64,000 nt of DNA from Nemertoderma westbladi (taxonomy: Eukaryota; Animalia; Xenacoelomorpha). Below the pieces are notes generated by a model, which worked only from the letters and a program-made list of their open reading frames with translations, had not been told where the DNA came from and made no database searches. Below are positions 38,386-50,250 of this stretch, piece after piece. Position numbers and translations under genes: made by a program. Every line of letters begins with the position of its first letter. Position 1 is the stretch's first letter. The stretch covers positions 8,275 to 72,274 of the forward strand of contig JAUCBJ010008359.1 in the NCBI GenBank assembly GCA_032718475.1, written 5' to 3'.

Positions 38386-40546
38386 ATCTTATTGCAGTAG
38401 GCAATAAGGTTGCAAACTACCGTAGTGACTGGTAAAACTGAACCGGTACTTTGTAGGTCAGTAGGCCTAACTGTCATCACCGGTACCGGTACTGCTGTAC
38501 AAGTACATTTAGTATTATTCGATTTGATTATTGTACACTGGTAGGTCTTAGTACTTAATCAGGGACTGCAGCCCTGAATTTTTATTGAGATTTTACCTAT
38601 TTCTGTCGGTTTTATTTCCTAGTAGGCTAATATTGAGCAGAAGGCGTGTGACCCTGCTCAGATTGTTCAGATAATTGTAGGCTGAGCTGCTGTCTGACTG
38701 TTGTTGAGTTTGGAGAGATTACGGCGTGTGTAGAGTTTGTCTGATAAAGTGCCGTTAGTAAGTTGGGGCAGTCATAACTGTAAGGTCAATCCCCTCTTAA
38801 AGAGTAAGTCGTACTACCGTGTTAGCACGCATACTAACTAACAGTTTCAGAGTCTGCATATACTGTAGTTTATTTAGGCTTGATCGTAGTCTGCCAGTGT
38901 TTTGGCCTGTGTTTGTTTGTGTGGTCTGTTCAGGTACCGTAATAGTTATTACTCAAATATTTGTAGGCTGGATTGTTGTCTAGCTATTTTTGGGTCTGAA
39001 GGGATTGCTGCGTGTGTAGAGTTGGTCTGATCAAGTGCCGTTAGTAAGTTGGGGCAGTCAACACTGTAAGGTCAATCCCCTCTTAAAGAGTAAGTCGTAC
39101 TACCGTGTTAGCACGCATACTAACTAACAGTTTCAGAATCTGCACATACAGTAGTTTGTTTAGGCTTGATAGTAGTCTGCCAGCGTTTGGTTTGTATTTG
39201 TTTGAGTATTCTGTACGGGTAGCGTAATATTTATTATTCAGAGTTTATGCGATTATTCGCAACATTCATGTCCCCAAGTTTATTCCTACAGTAATTGTGC
39301 TTGTTATACATACCGTTATAGTTAAACTAACCCCGGTACTACATCAGGGCTGCTTGGCGTAGGTAAAGACTGACGACTTTGTGCTTCGGTCACTCCAGCA
39401 GATGCCGTGGTTCTTTTAACTGTTCAAGTATATTTAACTACTGATTATTTGTTATACCGGTACTTGTACCTAATTTAGGGTTTAGAGTACAGTGCCTTCC
39501 GAAGTAATTAGTGTAGGCAGTATATTTGTGTTGTAAAGTGGTTGATAGGCACATTCGTTAGCTCTATTAGCTTCTGGGTAGGAACAATCCGTGATACATA
39601 ACGTAGTACCTATAGCGATACGGTTATAGGTCGTCAGGCGGTGGTATTTTCCTATCTGGACAGTACAATATATTTACTACTACTTATTATTTAAATACCG
39701 TAGTACCCTGTCCTTTGTAATAGCCAGAAATCTAACCCTTTGTTAGACTGGTTTGTAGACTTCCTGTAAAATTACCCTAAAAAATTTCGTACGTAATATT
39801 TTGTTGTGTTTAATTAGAGAATTAATCTCACCCGTATCGTAAGTAATTCGTAGTATTAAGTAACTTAGGTAAATTAGAATTATCAGTTTTAGTGTCAAAT
39901 AAATAGCACTTCACTGAGAGGCGTTCAGCTTCTGTGTAGTGACCCCCAGAAATAATAACATTTATTTCAAATATTGTCAAAACCCTTTTTAAACGGGTAT
40001 ATATCTATTATAAATCAACTCAAACGATTTATAAATAGTAGGCCTGCCATACAACAACTAGGTCTCACTATCAGTTGGACTACTGCTTAAATAACGGTAA
40101 TAAAGTAAGTTAAAGTAACGAAGTAACCCCAAAATATTCAGAAATTCAATTATTCTAAAAATAATTGACATACCGGTACTCATTATAGGCTTATTATATT
40201 TATCTCTATATATTTGAGCGGAAATCATACCGGTACTCTGTAATTAATTCTAGTTCATAATTATACTTACATGCTGTAAGTGTAAGCTGTATACCGGTAT
40301 TCATTATAGGCCTACTATATATATATATATTTGTGCTAAAATTATATACCGGTACTCTGTGACAAATCTAGTCTGTAATAATACTTATATATTATAAGCA
40401 TACCGGTATTCTAATATATTGTATATATATCACGTTCCACTGAGTAACGGTACCGGTAATAAATCGCTAGGCTTGCGGTCATACTGAATTACTCGATTTG
40501 CTTTAACTGAAATTATAGTAGTAGACATTCAACTGTATAACTAAAC

Positions 40547-43500
40547 ATGTCTGACACTCAGCAAAACCTGTCGGACAGTCTGATCGAGACCACTATCTGT
40601 GATTCAGATAGGAGTGTGGAGCGAATAAAAGAGAAGTTCGGCTCACCTCCTACTGTAAAAAAGGTCATCCCTCCAGTAGTATCAGACCCTAGGCTAGTCC
40701 ACCATAGGTCCATCATAGGCACTCGGGCACAGGTAAAACGGGACCAAGAGGCAGCTGTCCTATCGCAGCAACATCTTGGTCAAGAACCTACTTCCCAGAG
40801 ACCTGATAGCTCCAGCAGTTCGGATACTGTAGAGTTGACTCCCGAACATGGAGTGCAGATGGCTGATACAGTCTACTCGGACCCCCTTCTTACTCTTCCT
40901 GCTGCAGTGCTGACTACTATACTCATTGCGGTGGAAGAACATCAAACCGACTGGGCGAAGAATAAGCAAGCGACCCAAGATAATTACGCGGGATACGCCA
41001 GGGAAGAATTGAGATCTATTGTTGAAACACAATGGAACTTTCCCGGACTCGGACTTCCGTTTGATATGTCCGAGGCTACTTGGGAAGATATACACAGGAT
41101 GGGAGTGGCAAAAGATACAATGGATCCAGCTGTTTGGAAGAGGTCGGCAGCAGGATATGTGCAGGGATTCTTCGGATCCTTGGAGCGATTGGAGGAACAA
41201 CTGTTTCGACAACCTCACGGACCTCAAGAGCAGGAAGAACTGCTATATCAAATACGCGAAAGAACCCTACGCATTCGACTAATCCTCTCAGCCTTTGAGG
41301 AAACTTCCAAAAGAAGACAGGACACGTCGCTGCAGGTTGCTGTCAAAACTTGGCTACATCGAGTAGATCTCAAAGTACAGGAAACAGCCCCGTGGAAATC
41401 CCAGCTGGCTGAGAGATCAATCTATGAGGAACCGACTGATGTCTCCGAACAAACTGATGTCACCCTTGCTCAAGAGGAAAGCGAAGAGGCCGCCGAGAAA
41501 CCGCGAACTAGAGACGCTATCGACATTTATTTGTCCGACTATCAGCGATTCCTAGGAGACGAAGAGTTGAGGAGACGGCTACATGGACTTTCCCCTAATA
41601 GTGAAGGAACCAAGCTTGTGTTAGACTCAATCGATGCCGAAATGTTAGCTGCAAACCAAGCTGAATGTGATGAAAAACTCCGCCTCACTAGAGTCCGAGA
41701 AGAACAAATAAAGAAAAGAAGGATAGAGGAACAAAAGGCGGCGGATATGGCGGCAGTTATGGCAGAAGCAGAAGCCGAAAGAAAGGCAAGAGCAGCGGAA
41801 GCAGAAGCAGAAAGAAAAGAAGCAGAAGCCGAAAGAAAAGAAGCAGAAGCCGAAAGAAAGAAAAAGGCGGCGGAAGCAGAAGCCGAAAGAAAGGCAGCGA
41901 AGGCAGTGGCAGAAGTAGAAAGGAGAGCATCTGAGCAGACTACCCAACTGGAGTTGGAAAATCTGCAAGAGACACAAGACAGTATAAATAAACAGTTCAC
42001 TGCTAATCAAATGCAGATGATGAGAAAATCTACTCCCAAGCGCCAAGGATACACATCCTCGGAGGAAGGTGATACTACCGATCCTGAAGGCGGAGGAAAT
42101 AGATCTCATCTAAGTAGGCGTAGAAAAACATATTACCGTCGCAAATTGCCTGATTTGCCCCCAGCTGTTAAAAGACAGCTAACTAGCACAGATTTAGGTA
42201 GTGCAGAACCTATAGAACAATTTATCCAGGTCAAAAGACTCCCTACTATAGTCGATGAACCTGAAATAATTAGGCCTGTAATTCCCAAAGTCACTTCTAT
42301 GCTAGAGACCCCTGCACTTCCAGAGCTTAACTCTAAATTCCCTTTACATAGCACTACACTGCCTGTACCCGGTGGAACAGTCCATGCAAATACCCCTGTC
42401 CAGATAGCAGAGAGAGAAATCAATAATTTGTCTCCCGTCGTCCCGCGTCAGCCCGCTACTATGTTGGCGACTCCCGCTTCGGCGGTTGAGTGGGTGGAAG
42501 AGGGACGGCGGGGGATGAATCTTCTGCTAGGACAGATGCAGGAGACTGTCCACCAACTTAAGGGAACAGTGAGGGAAAGTAGAGCAGAGTTGCAAGAAGT
42601 GCAGCAAAGTATCGCGCTAGAACGCGACAAATTAGTCAATATACAAAAAGGCATACCAATGCCCCCGGTAACATTGAGTCAACCCGTTAGGTCTGAAGTA
42701 TCACATGCGCAAGGTGTGGAGCCTACACGCATCTATACTGCTAGTGAAGTTGAAACTCCTATAGCAAACCCTATTAAGGGTGATTATAGACCTGTTATTA
42801 ATGATATTCCCTATAGACCTGATAATGATCCGAGAAATTTGTATACCGATAATTCGATATTAAATAACACGATGGCCCAAGAAAGCTTTACGCGTCAGAT
42901 GGCTAGAACAGAAGCCCGCCAAGCGGTCAAAGTGGGAGAGATCGTCAAATTCAATGGAGATGAGATGAAATGGTTACCTTTCAACGAATATTACAAAGAT
43001 AGCATACAGAACTCTGTACTATCTAACGGAGAGAAACTTAGATTCCTCATCAAGTGCTTGGAAGGACCTCCCAAGTTAATGGCGTTAAAGTTTATTGGAC
43101 ATCCAGAAGGATTAAGACAAGTTTGGGATACATTAAACATCAGGTATGGTAACAAAGATAACATAGCTAAGTATTTGTATACAAAGTTAGTACCCCCCCG
43201 ACACTTCCTTAGTAGCGAGATTATAGAGTTTTCCGATGAAATTCAAGAGATCTGTAGACAACTGGACTGGTTAGGTAAGTCGCATGAATATCAGAGTTCC
43301 ATGGTTATTGGAGCCGTAGTCTCTACTTTACCAAAGGGTGGAGTATGTACACGCTGGGACAAGAAAGTGTTGTACATGAATGAACAACAACGACGAAGTC
43401 CTACCATGGCTGATCTCATGTCTTTCTTAGATAGTGAAGTAAAATTACAACTCATAAGGCAGTCCAGAGAGAAAACATCGGAAAATAAGGTAAGTGAGAA

Positions 43501-44212
43501 ACCCGTTTCTAGGAGAAGGATAATACCAGTGTGCTATACTGACGACGGCGAAAGCCAAGCTTCTCAAGAAGAGGACAGCGGGAAAGACACAGCAAAATCT
43601 TACTATGACAACAAGACCTATAAAGACGTAAGTAAATACAAGTCTCGAACCAGTGACAGGAGAGAACAGGTAACAACAACTCCTCCTACGTCTCCTAAGA
43701 GAATTCACGGAAGAAAGCCCGAAGAAAGAACGAGAGTGCAGAACGTTAACCAAGTTAAGGTGAGTAACATCAAACCAAAATGTGCGCTGTGCGACGGGCC
43801 TCACCGTTTGAGTGCGTGTGCTGAATTTCTAAAGAAATCCCCTGTAGACAGACGTACAGTCCTGTGTAATAAGCGGCTATGCTATAATTGCCTCAGATCA
43901 GGACACCAACGGCGAACCTGTTACTCCGACGTAAAGTGTGCAAAGTGTGGCGCGAAACATCACATCTTGTTACACAGTGAGTTCGAACGAGACAACCCGA
44001 GTCAGGTAAGTGAGCCCGAACTACATGTCCAATTCAGTGATGTGAACGACACTGACCAAGGTTCTGAGTGGGAAGGATTCTATACAGACGAATTCTCCGA
44101 TGCCAACGAATCCTGTTATCTAATAAATACCACAGTGTATCGAGCACTTACGGATGAAAAGGACACTGATGAGTTTACTCCAACTCCTTTTGACAAAAGG
44201 ACAAAAGCTTAG
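40547..44212 (+). CDS. gag: BEL/Pao Gag (1221 aa, open but C-terminally truncated)
   Basis: Ala/Glu/Lys coiled-coil repeats, DUF1759-like domain, CALCDGPHRLSAC / CYNCLRSGHQRRTC / CAKCGAKHHILLH. Confidence 0.9.
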   Translation: MSDTQQNLSDSLIETTICDSDRSVERIKEKFGSPPTVKKVIPPVVSDPRLVHHRSIIGTRAQVKRDQEAAVLSQQHLGQEPTSQRPDSSSSSDTVELTPEHGVQMADTVYSDPLLTLPAAVLTTILIAVEEHQTDWAKNKQATQDNYAGYAREELRSIVETQWNFPGLGLPFDMSEATWEDIHRMGVAKDTMDPAVWKRSAAGYVQGFFGSLERLEEQLFRQPHGPQEQEELLYQIRERTLRIRLILSAFEETSKRRQDTSLQVAVKTWLHRVDLKVQETAPWKSQLAERSIYEEPTDVSEQTDVTLAQEESEEAAEKPRTRDAIDIYLSDYQRFLGDEELRRRLHGLSPNSEGTKLVLDSIDAEMLAANQAECDEKLRLTRVREEQIKKRRIEEQKAADMAAVMAEAEAERKARAAEAEAERKEAEAERKEAEAERKKKAAEAEAERKAAKAVAEVERRASEQTTQLELENLQETQDSINKQFTANQMQMMRKSTPKRQGYTSSEEGDTTDPEGGGNRSHLSRRRKTYYRRKLPDLPPAVKRQLTSTDLGSAEPIEQFIQVKRLPTIVDEPEIIRPVIPKVTSMLETPALPELNSKFPLHSTTLPVPGGTVHANTPVQIAEREINNLSPVVPRQPATMLATPASAVEWVEEGRRGMNLLLGQMQETVHQLKGTVRESRAELQEVQQSIALERDKLVNIQKGIPMPPVTLSQPVRSEVSHAQGVEPTRIYTASEVETPIANPIKGDYRPVINDIPYRPDNDPRNLYTDNSILNNTMAQESFTRQMARTEARQAVKVGEIVKFNGDEMKWLPFNEYYKDSIQNSVLSNGEKLRFLIKCLEGPPKLMALKFIGHPEGLRQVWDTLNIRYGNKDNIAKYLYTKLVPPRHFLSSEIIEFSDEIQEICRQLDWLGKSHEYQSSMVIGAVVSTLPKGGVCTRWDKKVLYMNEQQRRSPTMADLMSFLDSEVKLQLIRQSREKTSENKVSEKPVSRRRIIPVCYTDDGESQASQEEDSGKDTAKSYYDNKTYKDVSKYKSRTSDRREQVTTTPPTSPKRIHGRKPEERTRVQNVNQVKVSNIKPKCALCDGPHRLSACAEFLKKSPVDRRTVLCNKRLCYNCLRSGHQRRTCYSDVKCAKCGAKHHILLHSEFERDNPSQVSEPELHVQFSDVNDTDQGSEWEGFYTDEFSDANESCYLINTTVYRALTDEKDTDEFTPTPFDKRTKA

Positions 44213-44375
44213 CTTAGCTTAGCTTAGCTTAGCTTAGCTTAGCTTAGCTTAGCTTAGCTTAGCTTAGCTTAGCTTAGCTTAGCTTAGCTTAGCTTAGCTT
44301 AGCTTAGCTTAGCTTAGCTTAGCTTAGCTTAGCTTAGCTTAGCTTAGCTTAGCTTAGCTTAGCTTAGCTTAGCTT
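44206..44375 (+). repeat. (TTAGC)n perfect pentamer array, 34 units
   Basis: Direct reading. Confidence 0.98.
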
Positions 44376-44755
44376 TTGTTAGGGTTTGTTTTCTTTTTCT
44401 GGATGGCGATTGCGCACACAGACAGTTACCTATTTCTACCTTGCTGGTCCCTGTACAATAACCTTTACTGAGTACATCAATCCATTTATAGACTTGATTG
44501 AAGTGCCTTTTCGAGAGATGCGGTCCGCAAACTCTATACATAAATCCCGCAAACTGTGTGTAATCCCCCTTGAGGTCCAAGTAGCTTTTTTATGAGCTGG
44601 TTCGTCTTTGTTATTCCCTTCTTTTCCATCCGCTGGTAGAAAATCGGACCAATTCCAGGAACCTTGATGAGCTTGGTTTTGTATATCTTAGACATCCTTG
44701 TAGCCGCATAATCCAACTCCTTTTTCGTTGATTTGTTTCGCTTTGTTCTACCCAT
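44376..44755 (-). pseudogene. Divergent intronless barrier-to-autointegration factor (BAF)-like gene with a 1-bp frameshift
   Basis: KVPGIGPIFYQRMEKKGITK plus (next frame) YLDLKGDYTQFAGFMYRVCG..KWID aligns by eye to BAF ([39 protein letters not shown]..EWCD). Removing one A from the A6 run at 44586-44591 joins the frames. Confidence 0.7.
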
Positions 44756-46171
44756 TTCAAATCTAAAGATTTGAGTTTAGTAAATGAAGTTAAACTGGTT
44801 CTACCCCGTAAGACGCTACGATTTTGAAATTACTTACAATACTATACTATAACCGCTTATAAGCGAACTATATCTAATAACTACATTTTCTTAATTCCAG
44901 AATATTACAACCAAAGTCACCACGGATACAACTTCTAAATTTCACAAAAGCCACTTTTATTGCAACATAGAAACAAGATTCTTCAAACGACAAGACATTA
45001 ATTGTTTTGTAAATTTTAAAATATCTTTTAGGAACAATTTGTATTATCATTATCATGCCACCCTTCTACAAATCTTAATGAGATTGCACGAAATTGGAAA
45101 CGAAACAGTGGAACAAGTATCTTTGTAGTTTAATTCCAAAATTGTAACATTACGAAATGATTGTATATATTATATTATAAGTGATAGAAACTGCACAAAT
45201 TAAATTTGTTGCTGTAAAAATGACATAAATTATGCTATAAAAAAGTTAGCTTATATTTATGGTGGCGTTTGGAGCCATGTTAATAGTTTATAGCTACTGG
45301 TTATTAATAGCTACCGGTAGGTAATGCAGTAGGCCTATCTGGCTGTCAGGCAATTAAAAATAAAATCCAACTATTGTGTATGTGGTAACCATGACGGCGT
45401 TACTTTACAGTAACGCCGTTGGGACATAACATAATAATAATACACCAATACAATACTAATTGTACAGGCCAATACAATAATGTATTGTGGTATAAAGTTG
45501 TAAAGTCCTAAATAACAACTCGCTGTCAATACTAACGTCATTGAGTAATGCTACAATTTTGGAATACAACACATTTGAATTTAGTTGGGAAATAGCTGAG
45601 ATATGAGCATTCGAAAGTTGCATGTATTTGCTTCGGCTGCAGGCAATAAAAAATCAAAAATCACAAAAAAATCAAAAATAAGGCCATCGTAATACAAGGC
45701 CTGATCACCTCCCTCGATCAGCTGATCAAACAAGTCATACTTATATTTAATTTAATTTAATTCAATTCAATTCAATTATATTTTATTTATTCCGTTGTAA
45801 TAAGAGTAAAGTAATAATTAATGTCACATAAACAATACAGATTACGGAAAGGGATAAACGAAAATAGCACTGTGGAATAAAAACATAAGACATGTATGTG
45901 TACAAGTAATAAAGCTACGAGCACCCTCCCCCACGCTAAGCCGTAGCCAAGGCGTACTATATACAAGGCCATGCCATCGAGTTAACTGGGGGCGGTGACT
46001 GGGGGCAAGATTTATTTTACAACAATTTGATATTTTGATATGGGGAGAGTTCTATAAATTTTAATTTGCTGCAATTTTATCAATGGACGTAATTGAAGCA
46101 TCCTCGTTTAAGTAAGATACAAACTTTTATGGTAGCTAGTGTTTTATTAAAAACTCATGGAACCGTTCTAA

Positions 46172-46265
46172 AACGTGTTTAAAATCAATAAAAAAAATTG
46201 TGAAAAAAAATATTGTGAAAAAATAAAAAATTTTGAAAATTTTTTTTATTGATTTTAAACACGTT
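46172..46265. repeat. Inverted repeat with ~28 bp arms (MITE core)
   Basis: aacgtgtttaaaatcaataaaaaaaatt / aattttttttattgattttaaacacgtt. Confidence 0.75.
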
Positions 46266-46534
46266 AATAGAATCCAGCTTTTTTCTAAAAAATGTTCTAG
46301 AACAAAAAATATTTGTTCTAGAATATAATTTTTTTTAAATGAATAGCTAACATCTTCTGGAACATTTTCTATTCAAATAATAACAAGATCTAGCTACTAC
46401 AAAATATTTATAGAGGGAAGTAGGATGTCGGAACCAATGTTGAAATTACTAGCTAAACCTATCTACAACACTAGCTACCATAGTGGTATCTAGGTCAGGT
46501 CAAGTATTCTAGGTCATTGATCAAGAAAACTTGC

Positions 46535-46978
46535 CACCTCCATGCAGCATAAAGGAGGTGCCACCTGTAGCTGCATAGACCCTCTTACTAGGGCATATCT
46601 GGTCCTGTAACTAGGACCCCCTTCGTTCTGGGATAAGGACGCCCTTGGTCCTGGATTAAGGACCCAAATACTTGGCTGCAGGGGTATATGGCCTGACCAG
46701 GCAGATGGTGATCTACTAATGGCTGGTCAGGAGTAGAGTGTTCTCATGTCCACTCTGAGAGCACTTCACTGCGACCTGCACCTGGCAGCAAGGGTACAGG
46801 GCATGACCCAGCAGATGAGCTGCAACAGCCAATGGTGGGTCATGTGCGCCAGAGTAGATATGGGTGATGGGCCTCATATCTGACTCCATTGCGACACCCA
46901 CCCTGTGGAATGGCAAACCAGGGTGTGGTATTTGCCCCGAGAGCTGACTCGGCAAAAAAGCACCCCCCAACCCCCACT
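46535..46978 (+). promoter_or_regulatory. Densely structured GC-rich RNA leader (IRES-like)
   Basis: About 10 consecutive hairpins, then a C-rich tract directly before the ATG at 46979. Confidence 0.6.
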
Positions 46979-48754
46979 ATGGATTACATTAGCAATGCGA
47001 CCACTTTCAAATCCCACTTTAAGCAGCAAGCGTTAGTGTATTGGAACATCTGCACGCCACCCTGTGCGTTGCTGCAATATTATTTGGTGCTGGAGTCGAA
47101 CACGGTAACTTGTTTAGTCGCGGATATTGTTGCGCAAGTTTTGAAGCGTCATCCATTGGTGTTCGGAGGAGATCAATACGTTCGCTCGAAAGGGGGAATC
47201 CAATCCGACGTGATGAAGCATTTCTTAACCCCGTTCTTCAACCAATCGCTAGAAAACACGTCGATGGTTAGGAGAGGATTAGCAATATTCGAAGGAATAT
47301 ATCGACAGAACATCGGAGATTTGGGAGACCGACCGTTGATGGAGTATCCGACGCCAGAGGCCTTGGAGAAGTGGTTCGGGAATCAAACCCGCAGGTTTGG
47401 TACTCCCGTCCACTTAGAGGCGGATAGACCCATTAGAGAGGGTTGGCCGGAGACGTTAGTGGAGGTGTTCGGAGTGGATCTCCCGGTGGAGAAGACATAT
47501 CCGAAACGAACGCGGGAGGAAATATTGGAGATAGAGGACAAAGGCGAGGATGTTTACTTTGTTCTGGATCGACAACCTCTGACTGGAGAGGATGATATCG
47601 TTTTAGACATTGGGAAGGAAGGGAGTGCGAAGCCGATTGGAGACCTCATATATGAAAGGGCCTGATTTCCACAAGTGCGTAGATGCAAGTTGTGCGGCAG
47701 CACAAGGCATAGTCAAAAGTCGTGCGACGCTGTAGTAGAGGCGGAGCATAAGGTTTGTTGTTGGTGCAACGAGACAGATCACTCATTCCATACGTGCACC
47801 GTCTTCATTTCTCAATGTGGATATTGTGGGGTAAAGGGACATCGTAGTGCGAAATGTCAACTACGTGATGATTCTTTCCAAAACCATAGCACCAACCTAC
47901 TCCGGGAAATGTTAGACAAGTGGGAGGGTGTGGCTGATTACCACAACCAAGCGCAAATGCGGTGGTTGCCGTTTAAAGCAGGATACGGGTTCTGGGCGGT
48001 AGATCCATCACACGTCGCATATGAACCGTATTTGCAATCTCTACCATAATATCAGGAGCTGATACTAACCGCTCAAGACCTTCCGCAGAATACTGGAGTT
48101 GTAGTTGTCAGATCATACTTTAGACAGTTGAACATGGACAATAAGTATACTTGGAACTTTGTTGCTATTTGCGACAGTATAACCAAAGGTTTATTTTTGG
48201 AGACGAGGAAGGTGGTGCGCGCGCGAGGAGATTGGAGGATGGCGGCTATACAATACCGCAATGAATTTCTGTTGACTCACGTACCGGTGGGGTCATTGAC
48301 CGCCGAACGAATAGAGGAGCAACGGACCGCGGCGCCCACAGCGACAACAGCCGGAGCTCACAGCTCGCGGCAAGTACCAGAAGGAGGAGTCCTAGACAAG
48401 CATCAGGTCAAGGACGAGCACTATCATTCGATAATTGAAGCTCGACGACTGCAGCGGAGGGCACAGGGGGCGTCCGAAAAGGCGCGCGTGCAACTGCAGA
48501 AAGAGGAGCTGGCGGAGGCGACCACGGGAACACGGCAAATGGGACGAGGCCGAGGGGGAGTACCAGCCGAGAGACAGCCGGGGCCCAGGGAACATCGTCG
48601 CCGGCTCCGGGAAGTGATACCTCACGGACGCCGTCATCTGAGTCCACAGGAGGAAGACTGGTGTATCTGGGGAGGGGGCGAAAGAGGGGAGCAAGCCCAA
48701 AGAACCCAGGAGCGAGCCGATAATACGATAGTATCATGGAGCGACAGACTCTAG
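46979..48754 (+). pseudogene. Accessory triple zinc-knuckle ORF (~590 codons) of a third, distantly related LTR element; two in-frame stops (47663-47665, 48047-48049)
   Basis: Track ORFs starting at 46889, 47675 and 48128 are all in one frame; three CX2CX4HX4C knuckles; colinear similarity to 2308-4390. Confidence 0.75.
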
Positions 48755-48949
48755 ACATATACATCATCGTCGCTCTGATGTATATCGTAGGTTTTGGTAA
48801 AACGATCGACTGGACTCATATACACTAGTCATATTCATTTTAGAGTTTTATATTATGAGAGAGGCGAAGGAGGTGACTGGGGAGACAAACCTGTGGGTTT
48901 GGCTTACTCCTTTCACCAGCCCTAGCCAGGGTTTTTTATTAAGTAGACC

Positions 48950-49145
48950 GTCAATTTGTAAATGAAAGAGCAATATTTTTGTAAATTGTATGTAGTAATC
49001 ATTATGTAGTATGAAAGGGAAAGCAATATTTTGTAAATTTAATTTGTATTTAGTAATCATTATGCAGTGAGAGAGATAATATTTTTGTAAATTTAATTTG
49101 TATGTAAAACCATTATGCAATATCTATGGCAATATTTGTAAATAT
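48950..49145 (+). repeat. Degenerate ~55-bp tandem repeats in the 3' UTR of element 3
   Basis: caatattttgtaaatt...tgtat.tagtaatcattatg x3-4. Confidence 0.7.
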
Positions 49146-49266
49146 TAGAACTATTATAGTACCAAGTTATTTAGATTATTTGAAAGTAAATTTTATTTTG
49201 TTTGTTTACATCGCCCTATATTCTTCTACAATTGGAGGGAAACATTGCTTGTTTCCCTTGGAACGG

Positions 49267-50039
49267 TGTTACGATACTGTTATCAGCCCATTATACAGTA
49301 TAGATATTTAGATAAGCCATAATGATGCGCAATCATATTTAGATAAGGAAAATAAAATATCCATATTCGTAAATCTTATCCATTTTGTATAGTATGTAGC
49401 CCTACCTATGTAATTTTGTAATAAAATATAAATAAATAGTTTTACGGTAGCAAGTTTCCTATAAAAACCTTGATGCAAGCTTGCTGTTATTGGGAGTAAT
49501 CGGATTAATCGTATATTTGCATTAATTTCCGTTATATTTGCGCTAAATTAGATTGTATGTACCGTGCTTTGAATATCGCGAAATTAAGTAACGCAACCAT
49601 TACCATATATGGTAATAATTTGTGATTCTAGGAGCCATTAGGTTCACAATCCGGCTTCCTTATTGCCCTAGCTGCTTCCAGGTTGGTCTAATGGTAGCGC
49701 GGATTGGGGAACCAATGAGAGGATTATTGCATCATCCTTTATGAATCACCTATAAATTGGCTGTATTTCCGGTATGTGCTATCCATAATCTATCTCTGTT
49801 AATCTCAATCTCAGTATAATCTCAGTATTTGTTTCTTGCAATAATTCGTAATTATTTGTAATTTCTGATTTAAATTCTTTGCTGTGTTTCTCAATCGATC
49901 TTGATGGTTACTGCAAATTACAATTTCGAACTATGATTTCTACCCCTTTGATTAATAGTTCTATATGATTTAAGATGCGATAATCCCACGGGATTTTCTT
50001 TAGACTGTCAGACTGTTTGTAATTGCATGCACCGCTACA
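49267..50039 (+). repeat. Candidate 3' LTR of element 3
   Basis: Starts TGT after GGAACGG (element 1 has GGGAGCGG|TGT); CCAAT near 49712 and TATAAA at 49751; plausible ..ACA end. No partner LTR in the window, so the right boundary is uncertain. Confidence 0.45.
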
Positions 50040-50171
50040 GTAGCTATTCGTTGTAATGGTGGGCTAAGGTACCGGTAGGCGCGGCGGGCGCACCGGGGGG
50101 TAGCGACGAAGGGAGTGCGGAGGATTCAAAATGGGCAATGCTGGCGGGGGGTCACCGTTGCGGCCGGGGGT

Positions 50172-50250
50172 TAAGCTAAGCTAAGCTAAGCTAAGCTAAG
50201 CTAAGCTAAGCTAAGCTAAGCTAAGCTAAGCTAAGCTAAGCTAAGCTAAG
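50172..50250 (-). repeat. (GCTAA)n array, ~16 units
   Basis: Direct reading; reverse complement of (TTAGC)n. Confidence 0.98.

Larger units (their letters stand above)
37115..44197 (+). mobile_element. BEL/Pao element 2 (same family as element 1), 3'-truncated at the (TTAGC)n array
   Basis: 5' LTR, leader and gag are highly similar to element 1; homology stops at ...tttgacaaa (44197), before the protease. Confidence 0.92.

Noticed and set aside
47663-47665. Conserved UGA read-through in the accessory ORF
   Set aside because: The TGA codons in the two elements fall ~17 codons apart in the alignment (3304-3306 versus 47663-47665), which favours independent nonsense mutations.
37110-50048. One continuous LTR element 37115-50043 with CTATT TSD
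   Set aside because: The putative 3' LTR does not match the 37115 LTR and the downstream CTATT is not adjacent to a CA end; likely chance.
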